From an uncultured delta proteobacterium (lineage in GTDB: Bacteria; Desulfobacterota; Binatia; UBA9968): a DNA stretch of 64,000 nt. The translations under genes and the position numbers were made by a program. This document shows positions 1-10,995 of the stretch, piece by piece (the stretch's first letter is position 1; the number at the start of each line of letters is the position of its first letter). The stretch is taken from contig CAWJZV010000045.1 in the NCBI GenBank assembly GCA_963847445.1, positions 160,001 through 224,000 on the forward strand. Direction: 5' to 3'. Under the pieces are notes generated by a model. The model saw nothing but the letters and a program-made list of their open reading frames with translations. It was not told where the DNA came from and did no database searches.

Positions 1-918
1 CATGGTTTTGCAGAGTCAAGCGGTGACACGCTCACTGCGTAAGTGACGCTGAGCTGGCGCACTTGGTCGGGCAGCGTGCCGCGCAATAGATAAGTCGTGA
101 CGAACTCTTCTTCCTTGCCGGGTTGCAAGCGCAGCGGCAGGATGAAACCACAGTCGACCAGATCGAGATAGTCGCGCAGCTCTGGCGGTTCGATCAGAGT
201 GGCCGATACGGGTCGAAAGAGTCTGTTTACCGGTGTTGGTGATTTTCATCGCGACGCGAAAAACTTGTCCGGGCCGGGAGGTCACTTCGCTCTGGGCAAT
301 CCTGATTGCCACCGGCGCTGACGCCGGGATCGCCGGCTGAAAGGTCAACTTGACGCCGGCCGCCCAGTTCAGAAAGAGTTTCCAGCCGCCGGCTTCTTTG
401 ACCAGGTTGAAGGTCTCCTCGCCGGCCACCATGGCGATTTTTTTGTCGCGCCGTTGGCGGTCGATGGTGTCCAACAGCGTTTTGCGTTCACTGGCGGATA
501 GTCTTTCCAGCCGCTCGCTCTCCCAATCGAGCATCAATGGGTTCAGTTTCGTCGCATCCGGCACGTTGGCGGTGACTTTCACCGTGCCGCGCTCCCCGTC
601 GACGCGCAGTTCCACAACGCGAACGCTAACGCTCTGCGCCACGGCTCGCGCCGCTTCCAGGGTAAAATCGCGAAACTCGCCGCGCTCCCGATTGTAACTA
701 TGCACATCCTTTAGACGTTGGTCGGCGCTGGAAATTTGCTCGTAGGCGGCGCGAAAATCGCGGGCGTAAAGCGCCTTCACATAGTTTTCGATTACCGTAG
801 TGATTTCCTGGCGCTCATCCGCCTTGGCGAACTCGGCCAACAATGCCATCGACACCATGGCGCCGAGGAACATGGCAGGGGACAGGAGTCGGCGCGACGA
901 CGAAAGTAGTCTCTTCAT
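1..918 (-). CDS. Exported protein with N-terminal NTF2-like region and C-terminal Cox11/CtaG-like domain (frameshift near 198; 3' end at window edge)
   Basis: ORF 16..918 has a signal-like N-terminus. After a 1-nt shift at ...RIGH the frame continues LIEPPELRDYLDLVDCGFILPLRLQPGKEEEFVTTYLLRG...LSVTY, resembling the Cox11 C-terminal pattern. Paralog at 1634-2580. Confidence 0.6.
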
Positions 919-963
919 GGAACCGGGCAGTGAAACCGTGGATCTAGCAATCGGGATGAGAAG

Positions 964-1551
964 TCATCGGCTCTTGGCCGGGATCGTCCAGAGATACAGG
1001 GTTCGGCCATCAACTCGCTCGGTGCGATCGGGTTTCCAATCGCCCATGTCGAAGGCGTGGGAGACTACCCGGGAGCCGGGTTTGAGCTGGCTCAGCAGGT
1101 TGGGTTTCAATTTCAAATTGACGTCCGGCAGCAAATACATCGTGACTACCGACGCTGCCGACAAATCGACGGTGAGAATATCTTGCTGGCGAATCTCGGC
1201 CTGCTCCTGGACGCCGGCTTTGCGAATGTTGTCGCGCGACTGTTTGACCAGATCGCCGTCGATCTCAAAGCCGACAGCCTTGGCGCCTTTTTTCGCGGCG
1301 GTGATGACGATGCGGCCGTCGCCGGAACCGAGATCGTAGACGACATCGCCTTTTTTGACGCCGGCGAGCTCGATCATCTTATCGACGACCTCCTGCGGTG
1401 TCGGCACGAAGGGGACGATCTTTTTGTTTTCGAAGATGGTGTCTTGGGCAACCGCGATGGCGTATTGCGAGTCCTGCGCGATGACGGCGAAAGTCGATAG
1501 AACGAGCAATCCCAAGCCGATGCAGGCTTTGCTAAACATTCGACGCTTCAT
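964..1551 (-). CDS. Class I SAM-dependent methyltransferase with N-terminal signal peptide
   Basis: VPFVPTP...VYDLGSGDGR SAM-binding motif I; LKPGSRVVSH; hydrophobic N-terminus ending in AVIA-Q. Confidence 0.85.
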   Translation of the reverse strand: MKRRMFSKACIGLGLLVLSTFAVIAQDSQYAIAVAQDTIFENKKIVPFVPTPQEVVDKMIELAGVKKGDVVYDLGSGDGRIVITAAKKGAKAVGFEIDGDLVKQSRDNIRKAGVQEQAEIRQQDILTVDLSAASVVTMYLLPDVNLKLKPNLLSQLKPGSRVVSHAFDMGDWKPDRTERVDGRTLYLWTIPAKSR

Positions 1552-1633
1552 GGAATCTTTCTCCTCTTCAAAGAATCGTTGCTAAGCAATTAACCATAAA
1601 ATATTTACCGTAGCCAGTACGGACCCGGCCGGT

Positions 1634-2580
1634 CTATTGGAGCTTGAATTCGTAAGTTAATTTGACCTCGCGATGCGTCTTCGCCCGCTGTGGCGTCGAG
1701 CAGGTACGCCATGGCAAATTCTTTTTCCTGCTGTGGACTCGAGCGTCGTCGGCGTCAGCAAGCCGCACTCGACGAGCTGCAGATCATCGGCGATTGCCGG
1801 CGGTTCCAGCAAATGGCGGACGGTAAATGTCACAGCGTGCGCGCTGGGATTCTTGATCTTGACATTGACCAGAAACAGCTCGTCGCTTTTGGCCATCACT
1901 TCCGCTGTGGCGAAGCGCACTTCCAGTTTGTTGCCGTCGGATACGTTTGCTCTGCAGCAGCACGCGCGTGCCGGCAGCCCAATCGAGGAAGATCTTCCAG
2001 CCTTCGGGTTCTTCGACGAGTTCGATGGTTTCTTGGCCCTCGATGTTGAGTAGCTTGCCGGCTCTTGTTGCGGGCGTCGAGTTCGGCCAGAAGTTCTTTT
2101 TGCTTCTCCTTGGAAAGGCTATTCAACCGGTCCTGATCCCAATTCAACAACAAATCATTGAGTTCCGCCGGCGCGGGTACGCGGTAACCGACCTTGATAA
2201 CCAGCCGTCCGCCGCTTTCTTTCTGTTCGATTAGCCAGACTTTCATGAAGCCGGCGAGTTGCTGAGCCACCTCGAGTGTGAAGCCGCTGTAGCCACCTTG
2301 GCTATCGACATAATTCTGGCGGTGCGCACCTGCCGGTCCGCAGAAGAAAGATAGTCGTATGCTACGGCGAAGTTACGCGCGTAGGTCGCGCGCAGGTATG
2401 CGTCCAAGGTTGCGCGAGGCCGGTCCGCTTCGATGCTTGTTTGCTGGATAAGAAAGTAAGCGACAATGGCCAAACCGAGGATCAATAAGGCAGTGAATAT
2501 GAGTTTGCCGCTATAGCATCGCTAATTAATCGACCAGCGGGATTTCTTATCGCTCCGCCGTTTGATGAATCAAACCGCAT
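1634..2580 (-). CDS. Membrane-anchored Cox11/CtaG-like protein, paralog of 1-918 (several frameshifts)
   Basis: Fragments 2243..2485, 1896..2270 and 1657..1920 join. Shared motifs YARNF..AY..LSSADR, LLLNWDQDRL, HLLEPP..DDLQLVECGLL and a C-terminus EVKLTYEFKLQ* (TAG 1634-1636). Start uncertain. Confidence 0.55.
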
Positions 2581-3150
2581 TCAGCGCTGAATGCCAACCT
2601 TCTTGACCGCCTCTTTAGCGCGCTCCGATGTGATCGGCCCAATGACGATGTCACGGATGATGCCTTGGCGGTCAATAAAAAATGTCGCCGGCGGTCCGAA
2701 GATGCGATAGGCCCGTTTCACGGTGCTGTTCAGATCGAGGGCGATGGGAAAGACCAGCTTGGCCTCTTTGGCGTATTCGCTGACCGCGGCGCGGCTGTCT
2801 TCGACGGCGATGCCGAGCACCTGATAGTTGCCGGCGGCCTTCGCTGACAGTTCGTTGATGAGCGGCATTTCGTCGCGGCAGGGATCGCACCAGCTGGCAA
2901 AGAAATTAATCACCAGCGGCTTGCCGCGAAAGCTTTCCAGTCCTGCCGCTTTACCGTCCAGGGTTTTCAAATCGAAAGCGATAGCGGCGGCGCCAACCAC
3001 GGGCGCCGAGCTTGGCGGTGCCGGATGCACATGCTGCGCCCAAAGGCTATGTGCCTGTCAAGGCAAGGCTAAAGCAACGCTCGCGGTCAGTGGGCCGAAG
3101 CGCGCAGCTGCCCGTGAGTCAGTAATTCGCTTGCGTCGTGAAGTCTTCAT
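2581..3150 (-). CDS. TlpA/ResA-family thiol-disulfide oxidoreductase (signal region frameshifted)
   Basis: INFFASWCDPC (CxxC), GPPATFFIDRQGII; upstream ATG at 3150 overlaps the previous gene's stop. Confidence 0.85.
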
Positions 3151-4476
3151 TGTCCCACCGTCGCGCTTCGAAAAACCACTCTTGAGTCTTCGCCGTCGGT
3201 TTCCGTCCAAGCGACATGCAGTTGATTATTCCTAAGCGCCAGCGTCGCGCGGCTGGCGTTGCCTTTGCTGTTGCTGATTTGCTGGATCGGACTCCAGCTC
3301 CGGCCGTTGGCAGCGAGCGTGCGCATGTAGATTTGCGATCGGTTGTTGGTGTCGAGATTGCTCCAGGCGAAATAGATCTGTGTCGTCAGCGCCAACCACG
3401 AGATTATTATAGAGTGTTTCCGGCGCGGTGTTGCGGTGGATCAGGGTGCGCGGCGCGAAGCTTTTGCCGCCGTCTGTCGACACGCTGTAGTAAATGCCGG
3501 CCTCTGGTTCAGAGCGGCCCTGGGTGAACCAGCTGACGTGCAGATGGCCGCGCCGGTCTCGGCCGATGCTCGGGCCGGAGTGCGGGCAAGAGGGGACTTG
3601 CCAGCCGTCGTTGCTGATTTCCACCGGCGCGCCAAAGGTAGCGCCGCCGTCTAGCGACTTGCGCAACACATGGTTGCGAATCTTGTTGGCGTCGACTTCG
3701 CGATCGACCATATAAACCGTCTTGCCACCATCGGCAAAGTTGATGCCCAACTTGCAACATTCGCACAGGCCTTCGCCGACTTGATAATTCTTCGTCAGCG
3801 CTTGGCCGCGGGAATCGATCTTCATTAGATACAACTGGCGCGGTTTCGGACCGTCGATGCGGCGGTCGATCCAGGCGATCAATAGATTGCCATCGGGCAT
3901 GGTTTCGATGATCGGGAAGCGGCCAGCGTCTTGCACTTCGTTCACCGTGCGCGCCGCTGTGAAGCCGCCTTTGCCGTCTTCCATGGCAAAGCGAATGTTG
4001 GCGCGGGTCTTGTCGCCTTTGACTCCGGGAATCGACCAGACGACGAAAGCTTTATTGTCCGGCGTGAAGGCGACTTTCGGCCCGTTTTCTTCGCCTTGGA
4101 CGGCTTCGACAGTGTTGTTCAAACGCTTCGGCGCCGACCACGACTTGCCGCCGTCCTTCGACCAAGCGATCATCGCGTTGCGCATCGGCGAAGGGGCGCG
4201 GTCGCCACTCATCCGTTGGTGGCCAGTATGGCTGCCCTGCGGCCATGGAGTGTCGTGGTCTTCAGTCCAGACTGCGAACAGCCGACCATCGGGGCTGTAG
4301 CGTAAAAATGGCGTGGAGGGATTTTTCTCGCCATTGCCGAGCCGCCGCTCGGCGCCGAAGTTTAGCGATCTGGCGCCCTGGGTTGGAAAGGGCGCTTGCA
4401 AATCCGCACTACAGCCAAAAACCAATACAAAATACACCGCGAACCATGAGTGTGTGAAGCGAAGTTTCATAGCCAT
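3147..4476 (-). CDS. BNR/Asp-box (sialidase-like beta-propeller) lipoprotein with CECC and CPH motifs (frameshift near 3378)
   Basis: Asp-box repeats SKDGGKSWS, SLDGGATFG, STDGGKSFA; lipobox-like VFGC; C-terminus in ORF 3147..3395. Confidence 0.8.
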
Positions 4477-4567
4477 CACCTGCAAATTCACCGCACCGCG
4501 TCGTGTGCGGGGCGATCGATCGTTACCAGTAGCCGAGATTTCTCGGCAAGAAAGTGAAAATGCCGGA

Positions 4568-4964
4568 TCAGGCAAGCGGCGGGGCGCGTTGCGAGCAGGG
4601 TGACAAGCTAAAGACCGATGCGGCTCGCCAGTTGTGGCTCCTGGCGTCGCTGGCTGACGGAACCGATGAGCGCTATTTCGAACGGCTGAACCGGCGCGGC
4701 GTGACTATGCTGCGCCACCGACAGGACGACGCAGTCACTGGCTTGAGAAGCAGGCGCTGGTTTTTGCTCATGATCATGCTGATGCTCGCCGCCATGATCG
4801 TGGGTGGCGGCATGGGCGACATGCGAATCTTCGTGCCGAGCCTGCCGTTCGAAGAAGTGGTGCACCCGGTGTGGCGCCGACGCGATGAGAAAAAACAAAA
4901 GCGCTAAAGCGCTGCCGAAGTGGAGCGCCCTTGTGAGAACTGCGATTTGGTTGCCGGCTTGCAT
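4568..4964 (-). CDS. His-rich DUF2946-like small exported protein with C-terminal RAPP motif (candidate ribosome-arrest leader)
   Basis: TM/signal segment, HRVHH, HAATHDHGGEHQHDHE, SDC. The +1 frame from ~4650 reads ...VFSLSPCSQRAPPLA* (RAPP codons 4588-4577, TGA 4570-4568). Confidence 0.65.
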
Positions 4965-5028
4965 TTCTCTGTGACGGTTATCCTAGTAAGTCGGCAACCG
5001 AAGTTCAAGGCGAAGCTTCGCGCACTGC

Positions 5029-5458
5029 TCATTTGCGCGGTGAAGACCACTTTGTCGCTGGCATCCAATTCGGTCTGATGATCGTCGGCGACGACGCGCA
5101 GTTCCAAAACATGTTTGCCTGGCTTGATGCCGTTCAATGTCCCTTTGGCGCTCTCGAACATGCCCATCAGTTCGCCGTCGATATAAGCGTGGGCGTGGTG
5201 GCCGCGTTTGCCTTTGGTCAGTTGGTAGTGAATCTCTACTTTGTCCCCCTTTATGGTTTGACCCTTGGTCGGCGCGAGGATTTTGATCTTAGCGCCGTCG
5301 GCAGGCTGGAGCTTGGTGGCGGATGATTTTGCCAGCGCCGTTTTGCCGCTGGTTGCTCGTTGCCATGTTGATGCTGTTGCCCTTCAACTGCGACTGGTAA
5401 GAGGGTGAGAAGAAATGCCAACAGCGGCGTTTTTTAACAGCATTGATTTGATCCTCAT
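5029..5458 (-). CDS. Small exported His-containing protein (Ig-like, possible metal chaperone; frameshifted)
   Basis: Reconstructed signal peptide, then QHQH ... IKILAPTKGQTIKG...GHHAHAYIDG...GKHVLELRVVADDHQTELD. Confidence 0.55.
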
Positions 5459-5575
5459 TGACACAATTTCAGCATATTTCAGGTTTTGACGAAAGCTACG
5501 TTGAGTCTGAGATATTCCTTAGACGTTGGCGGGACGCAGTCTCTGTAGCTGAGGTCGAAGAAATTCCCTGACGTG

Positions 5576-6408
5576 TCAACGGTGCAAACGGAAGCGATAA
5601 ACGAAGGTAAACTCCGCGGGAACGTTTTGTCCGTCTCTTTGCGCCGGCTCGAAGCGCGATTGCTTCACCGCTTTGAGCGCTTCTTCATCGAAACCGGCGC
5701 CGCCGCTTTTGACGATTTCGGCATTGGTGACTTTGCCTTCCGGGTCGACTTCTATTCTCAGTGTCACGTCGCTTTCGAGGCCGGCGCGCAGCGCCATCGC
5801 CGGATAGGTGGCGCGCACGGTTTGAATCGGTTTGGCTTCGCGATTGGTTCTGCAACACGGTCTGCTGCACGGGTAGACCCGGCGCGCCGGAACCGCGACC
5901 TAAACCGGACGCCGCCGTGCCACCGCCGCCGCCGGCAGTTCCGGTGCCGGGCACTACGCCGACATCGCCTTTGCCGAACAAGATTGCCGGCGCCGGCTTC
6001 GCTGCCGCCGCCTTCTGATCTAGCCGTCGGACGGGATACTCGGACGCTTCCGTTCGCGCCGGCGCTCGTCGATTTTGTCTCTATAGGTTTCGCGATCTCA
6101 TCTTTTGTTACCGCCGCAAGCGCGGGAAGCAGCGCTTTTCGGGTTTGACGATGCTCGGTTTTCGCGGGCGATTTGGTATCCTTGATTTTCTCCGGCTTGG
6201 GCGGCGGCGCTTTCTTTGTTTCGGCTGGTAGCCTCGACCTTTTTCGCCTGTGCCGGGAGTACCGACGGCGGTAGATCGACCAATGCGATGGGCTGAAATT
6301 CTTGGCGGCGAAGATTGTTGTGAACTAACGCGGAAGCGAGTAGCCAAGATCGACCAGGTGAATGAGCAGCGACGAGACCAATGGCAGGTTGAGCGAATCA
6401 TTTCTCAT
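5576..6408 (-). CDS. tonB: Energy transducer TonB (frameshifted)
   Basis: ATG overlaps the exbD stop; TM SLLIH (S-x3-H) motif; Pro/Gly-rich linker; C-terminal TonB_C YPAMALRAGLESDVTLRIEVD...FEPAQRDG. Confidence 0.85.
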
Positions 6409-6818
6409 GGCCGGCTGTCTTTGGGTTTGATCGCGATGGCCATTTTGGCGACGCCGGCTTGGCGCGCTGCGTCCATGATCTCAATGACGACGCCATGCTC
6501 GACTTTTTCATCGGCGTTGATCAGCACCAGCAAGTCCGGATTCTTCGCCAGCCGGGCTTTCAGGATTTCGCCAATTTGGGCGCGCGGCACGTCCTGCTTG
6601 TCGATGGCAATTTTGCCGTCGGGCGCGATGGTTACCGCCGCGCTTTCACTCGGCGTTTGTTGGCCGGTGGCCGCTTTCGGCAGATTTACCGGCAGGCCGC
6701 TGTAGCGCGCCATCGACAGCGTCGAGATCATGAAGAAGACCAGCAGAAAAAAGATCGTATCGATCATCGGGATGATCTCGATACGAGCTTTCTTGATTTC
6801 TCGTCGGCGCAGGCGCAT
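6405..6818 (-). CDS. exbD: Biopolymer transporter ExbD/TolR
   Basis: IIPMIDTIFFLLVFFMI, LINADEKVEHGVVIEIMD. Confidence 0.92.
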   Translation of the reverse strand: MRLRRREIKKARIEIIPMIDTIFFLLVFFMISTLSMARYSGLPVNLPKAATGQQTPSESAAVTIAPDGKIAIDKQDVPRAQIGEILKARLAKNPDLLVLINADEKVEHGVVIEIMDAARQAGVAKMAIAIKPKDSRP

Positions 6819-7423
6819 CTACTTTTTCTCGTTGTCGCCGCTCAGGGCGAGCTCAAGGCGCGAAGCGTAGTACTCGATATCTTCCATTTCACGCTCGGCG
6901 CGATTGGAAAAATAGTTGTAGGGCACCAGGGTCAGGATCGCGATCAGCAAACCGGTGGCGGTGGCGATCAGCGCTTCGGCGACGCCGCCGGTGACGGCGT
7001 GGGGTTGGCCAATGCCGGCCTGCGACATGATGCCGAAGGAGCCGATCATGCCGGTGACGGTGCCGAGCAGGCCGAGTAACGGCGCCAGGGTGATGATCGT
7101 GTCGAGTATCGTCAGGCGCTGCTTTAGCACGGGCACTTCCCTTTGCGCCGCGACTTCGAGGGCTTTGGTGATGTCATTGCGGTGCGCCAGACCAGAGGCC
7201 ATCACGCGCACCAACGGCGAGTCGGTGTGCCGAGCCGACTCGGCTGGCCTTGTTCAGATCGCCGCGTTCGACCAGCTCAAGCAACTTTCGGCGGCTTGCC
7301 GGTTACCGATTCGGCGCCAAAAGAGGCAACGCTCGATGACAACCGTCAAGGCGATGACCGAACAAGCAGCAGCGGCGCCATGACCGGGCCGCCCTTGACG
7401 ATGATATCGATGAAGTCAAACAT
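6819..7423 (-). CDS. exbB: MotA/TolQ/ExbB proton channel protein (frameshifted 5' part)
   Basis: MFDFIDIIVKGGPVM start; APLLGLLGTVTGMI and GVAEALIATATGL motifs. Confidence 0.9.
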
Positions 7424-7455
7424 TGAGGGGTTTACTCTCCCGTGAAAAATTCAAG

Positions 7456-8714
7456 CTAGGAATGCGCCGGTTCCGCTCTCAGCGGGCGGAGCTTGTTCGC
7501 ACCGGTTCGCGGAAGAAGAGGAGCAACGTCATGCCAAGAAAATAGGAACAAGAGATAACGCCAAAGGTGGTTTGAAATCCCGAAGTGCTCATCAGCCAGC
7601 CGGCGAGCAAGCGTCCAAAACGGCGACATGATGAAACCGATGCAATAGTAGAGACTGAAAGCGGCATCGAGAATGTCTTCATCGGCGACATCGGTGAGCA
7701 GTGCTTGAGTCAAGGTTTGGCGCGAGGTGACCACCGCGCCATAGAGAATCAGGTTAGCGAACAAGCCGATGGATACATGATCTTGCAGGCTGAGCCAGAC
7801 CGTCGATAACGCCGAAAGCAGCAGTGATACTTGCAGTGTGCGCGTGCGATGAAAGCGGTCGGAGATCCAGCCCCAGGCCATGGGGCCGAGCAGGCCGCCG
7901 ACCTGAATCAGCGTGAACAGAAACGCGGCATAGGCCATGTCGACTTTCAGGTCGTTGATGAAATGGGGCACGATGTAGGTTTCGTTGATGCCATGGCCGA
8001 GGCCCGCGCCGCCGACCATCAAGACCAACGAGATCAGCAGGATGTTTTTGTTCTTGAGACAGCGCTTGTAAGCGTCCCAACCCATCGGGCGCTAGCTTCG
8101 ATTTTTGGATTTGCGCCGGGTTCAGCTTGATCGTGTCGCGCAGAGCCAGACAGGCGATGCCCATGAGTATGCTGGGAATGCCGACGATCCAAAAGATCGC
8201 GCGCCAACCTATGTGAGCCACCAGCACCGCGGCGACGATCGGCGCGACCAGACTGCCGAGATTGGCGGCAGTGGAGTGAAACGCCAAGGCGCGGCCGCGC
8301 GCTTTGCCAAAATAGGACGCCAGCGCCGTCGAGCCGACCGGATGCTGCGGACTGGTGCCGACGCCGCCGAGAACGCGGGTGAACATTATAAAGGGGTAAC
8401 TGGAGGCGAAGCCGGTGGCGACGACGGAGATGCCAAGCAGAATGTTGCCGACGCCCCAAGATCACGCCGCGGCGCACGTAAGGGACGATGAATCCGTAAA
8501 AGGCCTGGAGAAAATTACCGACAAAACCGTAAACCGCGGTAATCGCACCGATGGCGACAAAGCCGATGCCGAGATCGCGCATCATCAGCGGATAAAGCAC
8601 GCCCAGCATCGACGACTGAAAATGATTCAAAAAATGGGCGCCGCAGACGATCGAAAAGATCGCGGTCTTGCCTGACGGTTCGGTGGCGGTGTTACTGCTG
8701 GCAGCGTTTTCCAT
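7456..8714 (-). CDS. MFS transporter (FSR-like; frameshifted)
   Basis: Fragments 8034..8714, 7754..8386, 7456..8085; AHFLNH in TM1, QHP, GWISDRFHR motif A. Confidence 0.8.
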
Positions 8715-8884
8715 GATCTGTTTTTCTTATCTCAATTTATCGCGAAAACCAGCATCGCTGATAAGCGCTGACGGCTCTGCAGGCGTAATGACTGAGCGCC
8801 GAGTAGCGATTGAACCCCGACATCGCTGAGAAATAAGCCGAGCGCGATTGCGCTGTACTACGATATTTCATGACCAACATCCCC

Positions 8885-10938
8885 TTACCACATGTGGATC
8901 GTAATCCCAGCCTTGACGGTAAACGGATCGCCGGGTGTGAAATGCGAGCCAGTCTGCCCGGGCAGTCCTGCCGCCAGTTCGTTGGCGGTGCGAGACTCGA
9001 AAACATGCTCGGCGGAGCGCCATTTGGTATTGGCCAGGTTTTGAAACTGAACGAAGAATTCATAGCGCTTCCAGATATATTTTAGAAAGAGATCGAAAAT
9101 CGTCGCGGTCGGCGTCAGGATGCTGCCGTCTTCGATGCCGTAGCGACGGCCGATGTGGCGCATTTGCAATCTCGCCTGGAGGCCGGATTCGTGGCGCGCG
9201 GTGAGACCGCTGTAGGCAAGAAAACGCGGCGCCAGCGGAACCTTGTCGCCATTAACAAACTTTGCCCAGGTGTAGGAAATATCCGAATCGAAGGACAACC
9301 AGGGCAGGATATCGTAACGAACCTCGCTTTCTATGCCCTGACGTCTGCTTGCCCCGCTGGGCTCGAAGGTTCCCTCGTCGCCGACGAATACCAGTTCGCT
9401 GGACAGGTAGGAATTCCAGACGGACGTCGCTGAAATCCACTTTGTTCAAAAGCTTGGTCCGCACTCCGAGCTCCCCGGACCAGTAACGCGCGAGCGCTTT
9501 GGCTGGATCCTGAACGACGACGCGCGAGTCGTTGCTGTGAAAGCCGCCGCCCATGTTAACGAACAAGTTGGTTTGCCTGGCAATGTCATTGTCGGTGAAT
9601 GGCGTAAAAATCAAGTTCATTTTGGGATTTATCATCGACTTGGACGCCGCGCCGGAAATCGGCTGGGTGGCTGGCCCGTCTTGCTTTACATTGAACCAGA
9701 AGTTGTCGAGGCGCGCTCCTAGTTGAGCCCGCAACCATTCAGTCGAGTCGAACTTCTTGGTGCGCGAACCAGCCGAGGTTGGTTTGCTGAATACCGTTAT
9801 CGTTGGTGGTGCTCAGACCGCTGGCGGTCTTCCTGGTTGAACAAGCCGACACGTATGTGGTCGAAACGGCTCTGAAAGCCCAACAAAGTTTCAGTCGGCA
9901 GCCCCCACAAGCGAATAGCTGCGCCGGTAGGTAATGTTGTTGCCGGCCAGGAAACGTTTGTCGTTCTGCTCGATGCCGTCTCCGTTGACAGGGTTATTGA
10001 GAAACAAGCTGAAATTCGACCAGAGTTGCAACTTGTACCAAGAGGCCCAGGTTTGGGCGGTAAAAGTTTGATTGGCATCGGTATAGTTATAAATGAAACT
10101 CAAATTCTGCCGTTCTGACTTTCCGCCTTCGCTCGGATCGTTGGAACCGAAACGGCCGATTTCGCCGCTACGAACCTGCCTTGACGGAATCTCTCCGGAT
10201 GCGTCCCAATCGGTTTTGAAAAAGGTCCCCAAGAAATTTAGATTCGAGTTCGCGGTCGAAAAGAGATTGAACTTAGTCAAGATGTTGTAACGGATATAAT
10301 TATTGGGATTCTTAAACGCACCGTCATTGTGGTAGATCTCAGCGGCGATATAGGGCTTGAATAAGGTCCCCTCGGGCGGCGCAAGAATTCCGACATAGCG
10401 TTGGGTGTTATAACTGCCGCCGGAAAGAGTGAGAGTGCTGTCTTTGTCGCGATTCTTGGTGATGATGTTCATCGCGCCGGATGTAGCGAAGTCGCCCAGA
10501 TGGGCGAAGTACGAACCCTTGTAAATCTCGACCTTATCGATGGTCTCCGGGATCAGCCAGTGGAGATCGGCGTAGCCTTGACCATGGGCATGGCTGACCA
10601 TGTTTACCGGGATGCCGTCGATGAAAACCGCGAAGTCGGTGCCGTGGTCCGAATCGAAACCGCGAAACAGAATCTGATCGGCTTTGCCGCCGCCATGATG
10701 CTGGCCGATGATCAGTCCCGGCACTAATCGCATGACGTCGCTCGGTGTATTGGTCGGACGAAGCTCCAGGTCTCTTGCCGTTCGTGTTTGTTCGGTTGCA
10801 GCAGAGGTAGGCTGCTGACCCCAAACATACTCTTCAATGGGGTCATTCGTTGGGCTTTGAGCGAATCCCAAGCTAGCGTGGACAATGCACGCGACTGGTA
10901 AAACAAATCTGATAAGAGCGCAAAGCTGGTTTCATCAT
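8885..10938 (-). CDS. TonB-dependent receptor, putative Ni/Co/Zn uptake (frameshifted)
   Basis: Plug QHHGGGKADQ...SHAHGQGYAD...IDKVEIYKG; barrel fragments; C-terminal HFTPGDPFTVKAGITIHMW; lies directly downstream of nikR. Confidence 0.88.
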
Positions 10939-10952
10939 ATTGATTCTTCTAA

Positions 10953-10979
10953 ATAGTACAAATTTAAAATTCGTGCTAC
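10953..10979. promoter_or_regulatory. Candidate NikR operator upstream of the TBDR
   Basis: ATAGTAC-aaatttaaaattc-GTGCTAC, an imperfect 7-13-7 palindrome that matches the site at 11434-11460. Confidence 0.7.
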
Positions 10980-10995
10980 GATCAGTCAAAAAAAT

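Noticed and set aside
8835-8881. Third NikR box at GTACTAC between the TBDR and MFS
   Set aside because: Only a half-site; no partner at 13-bp spacing on either side
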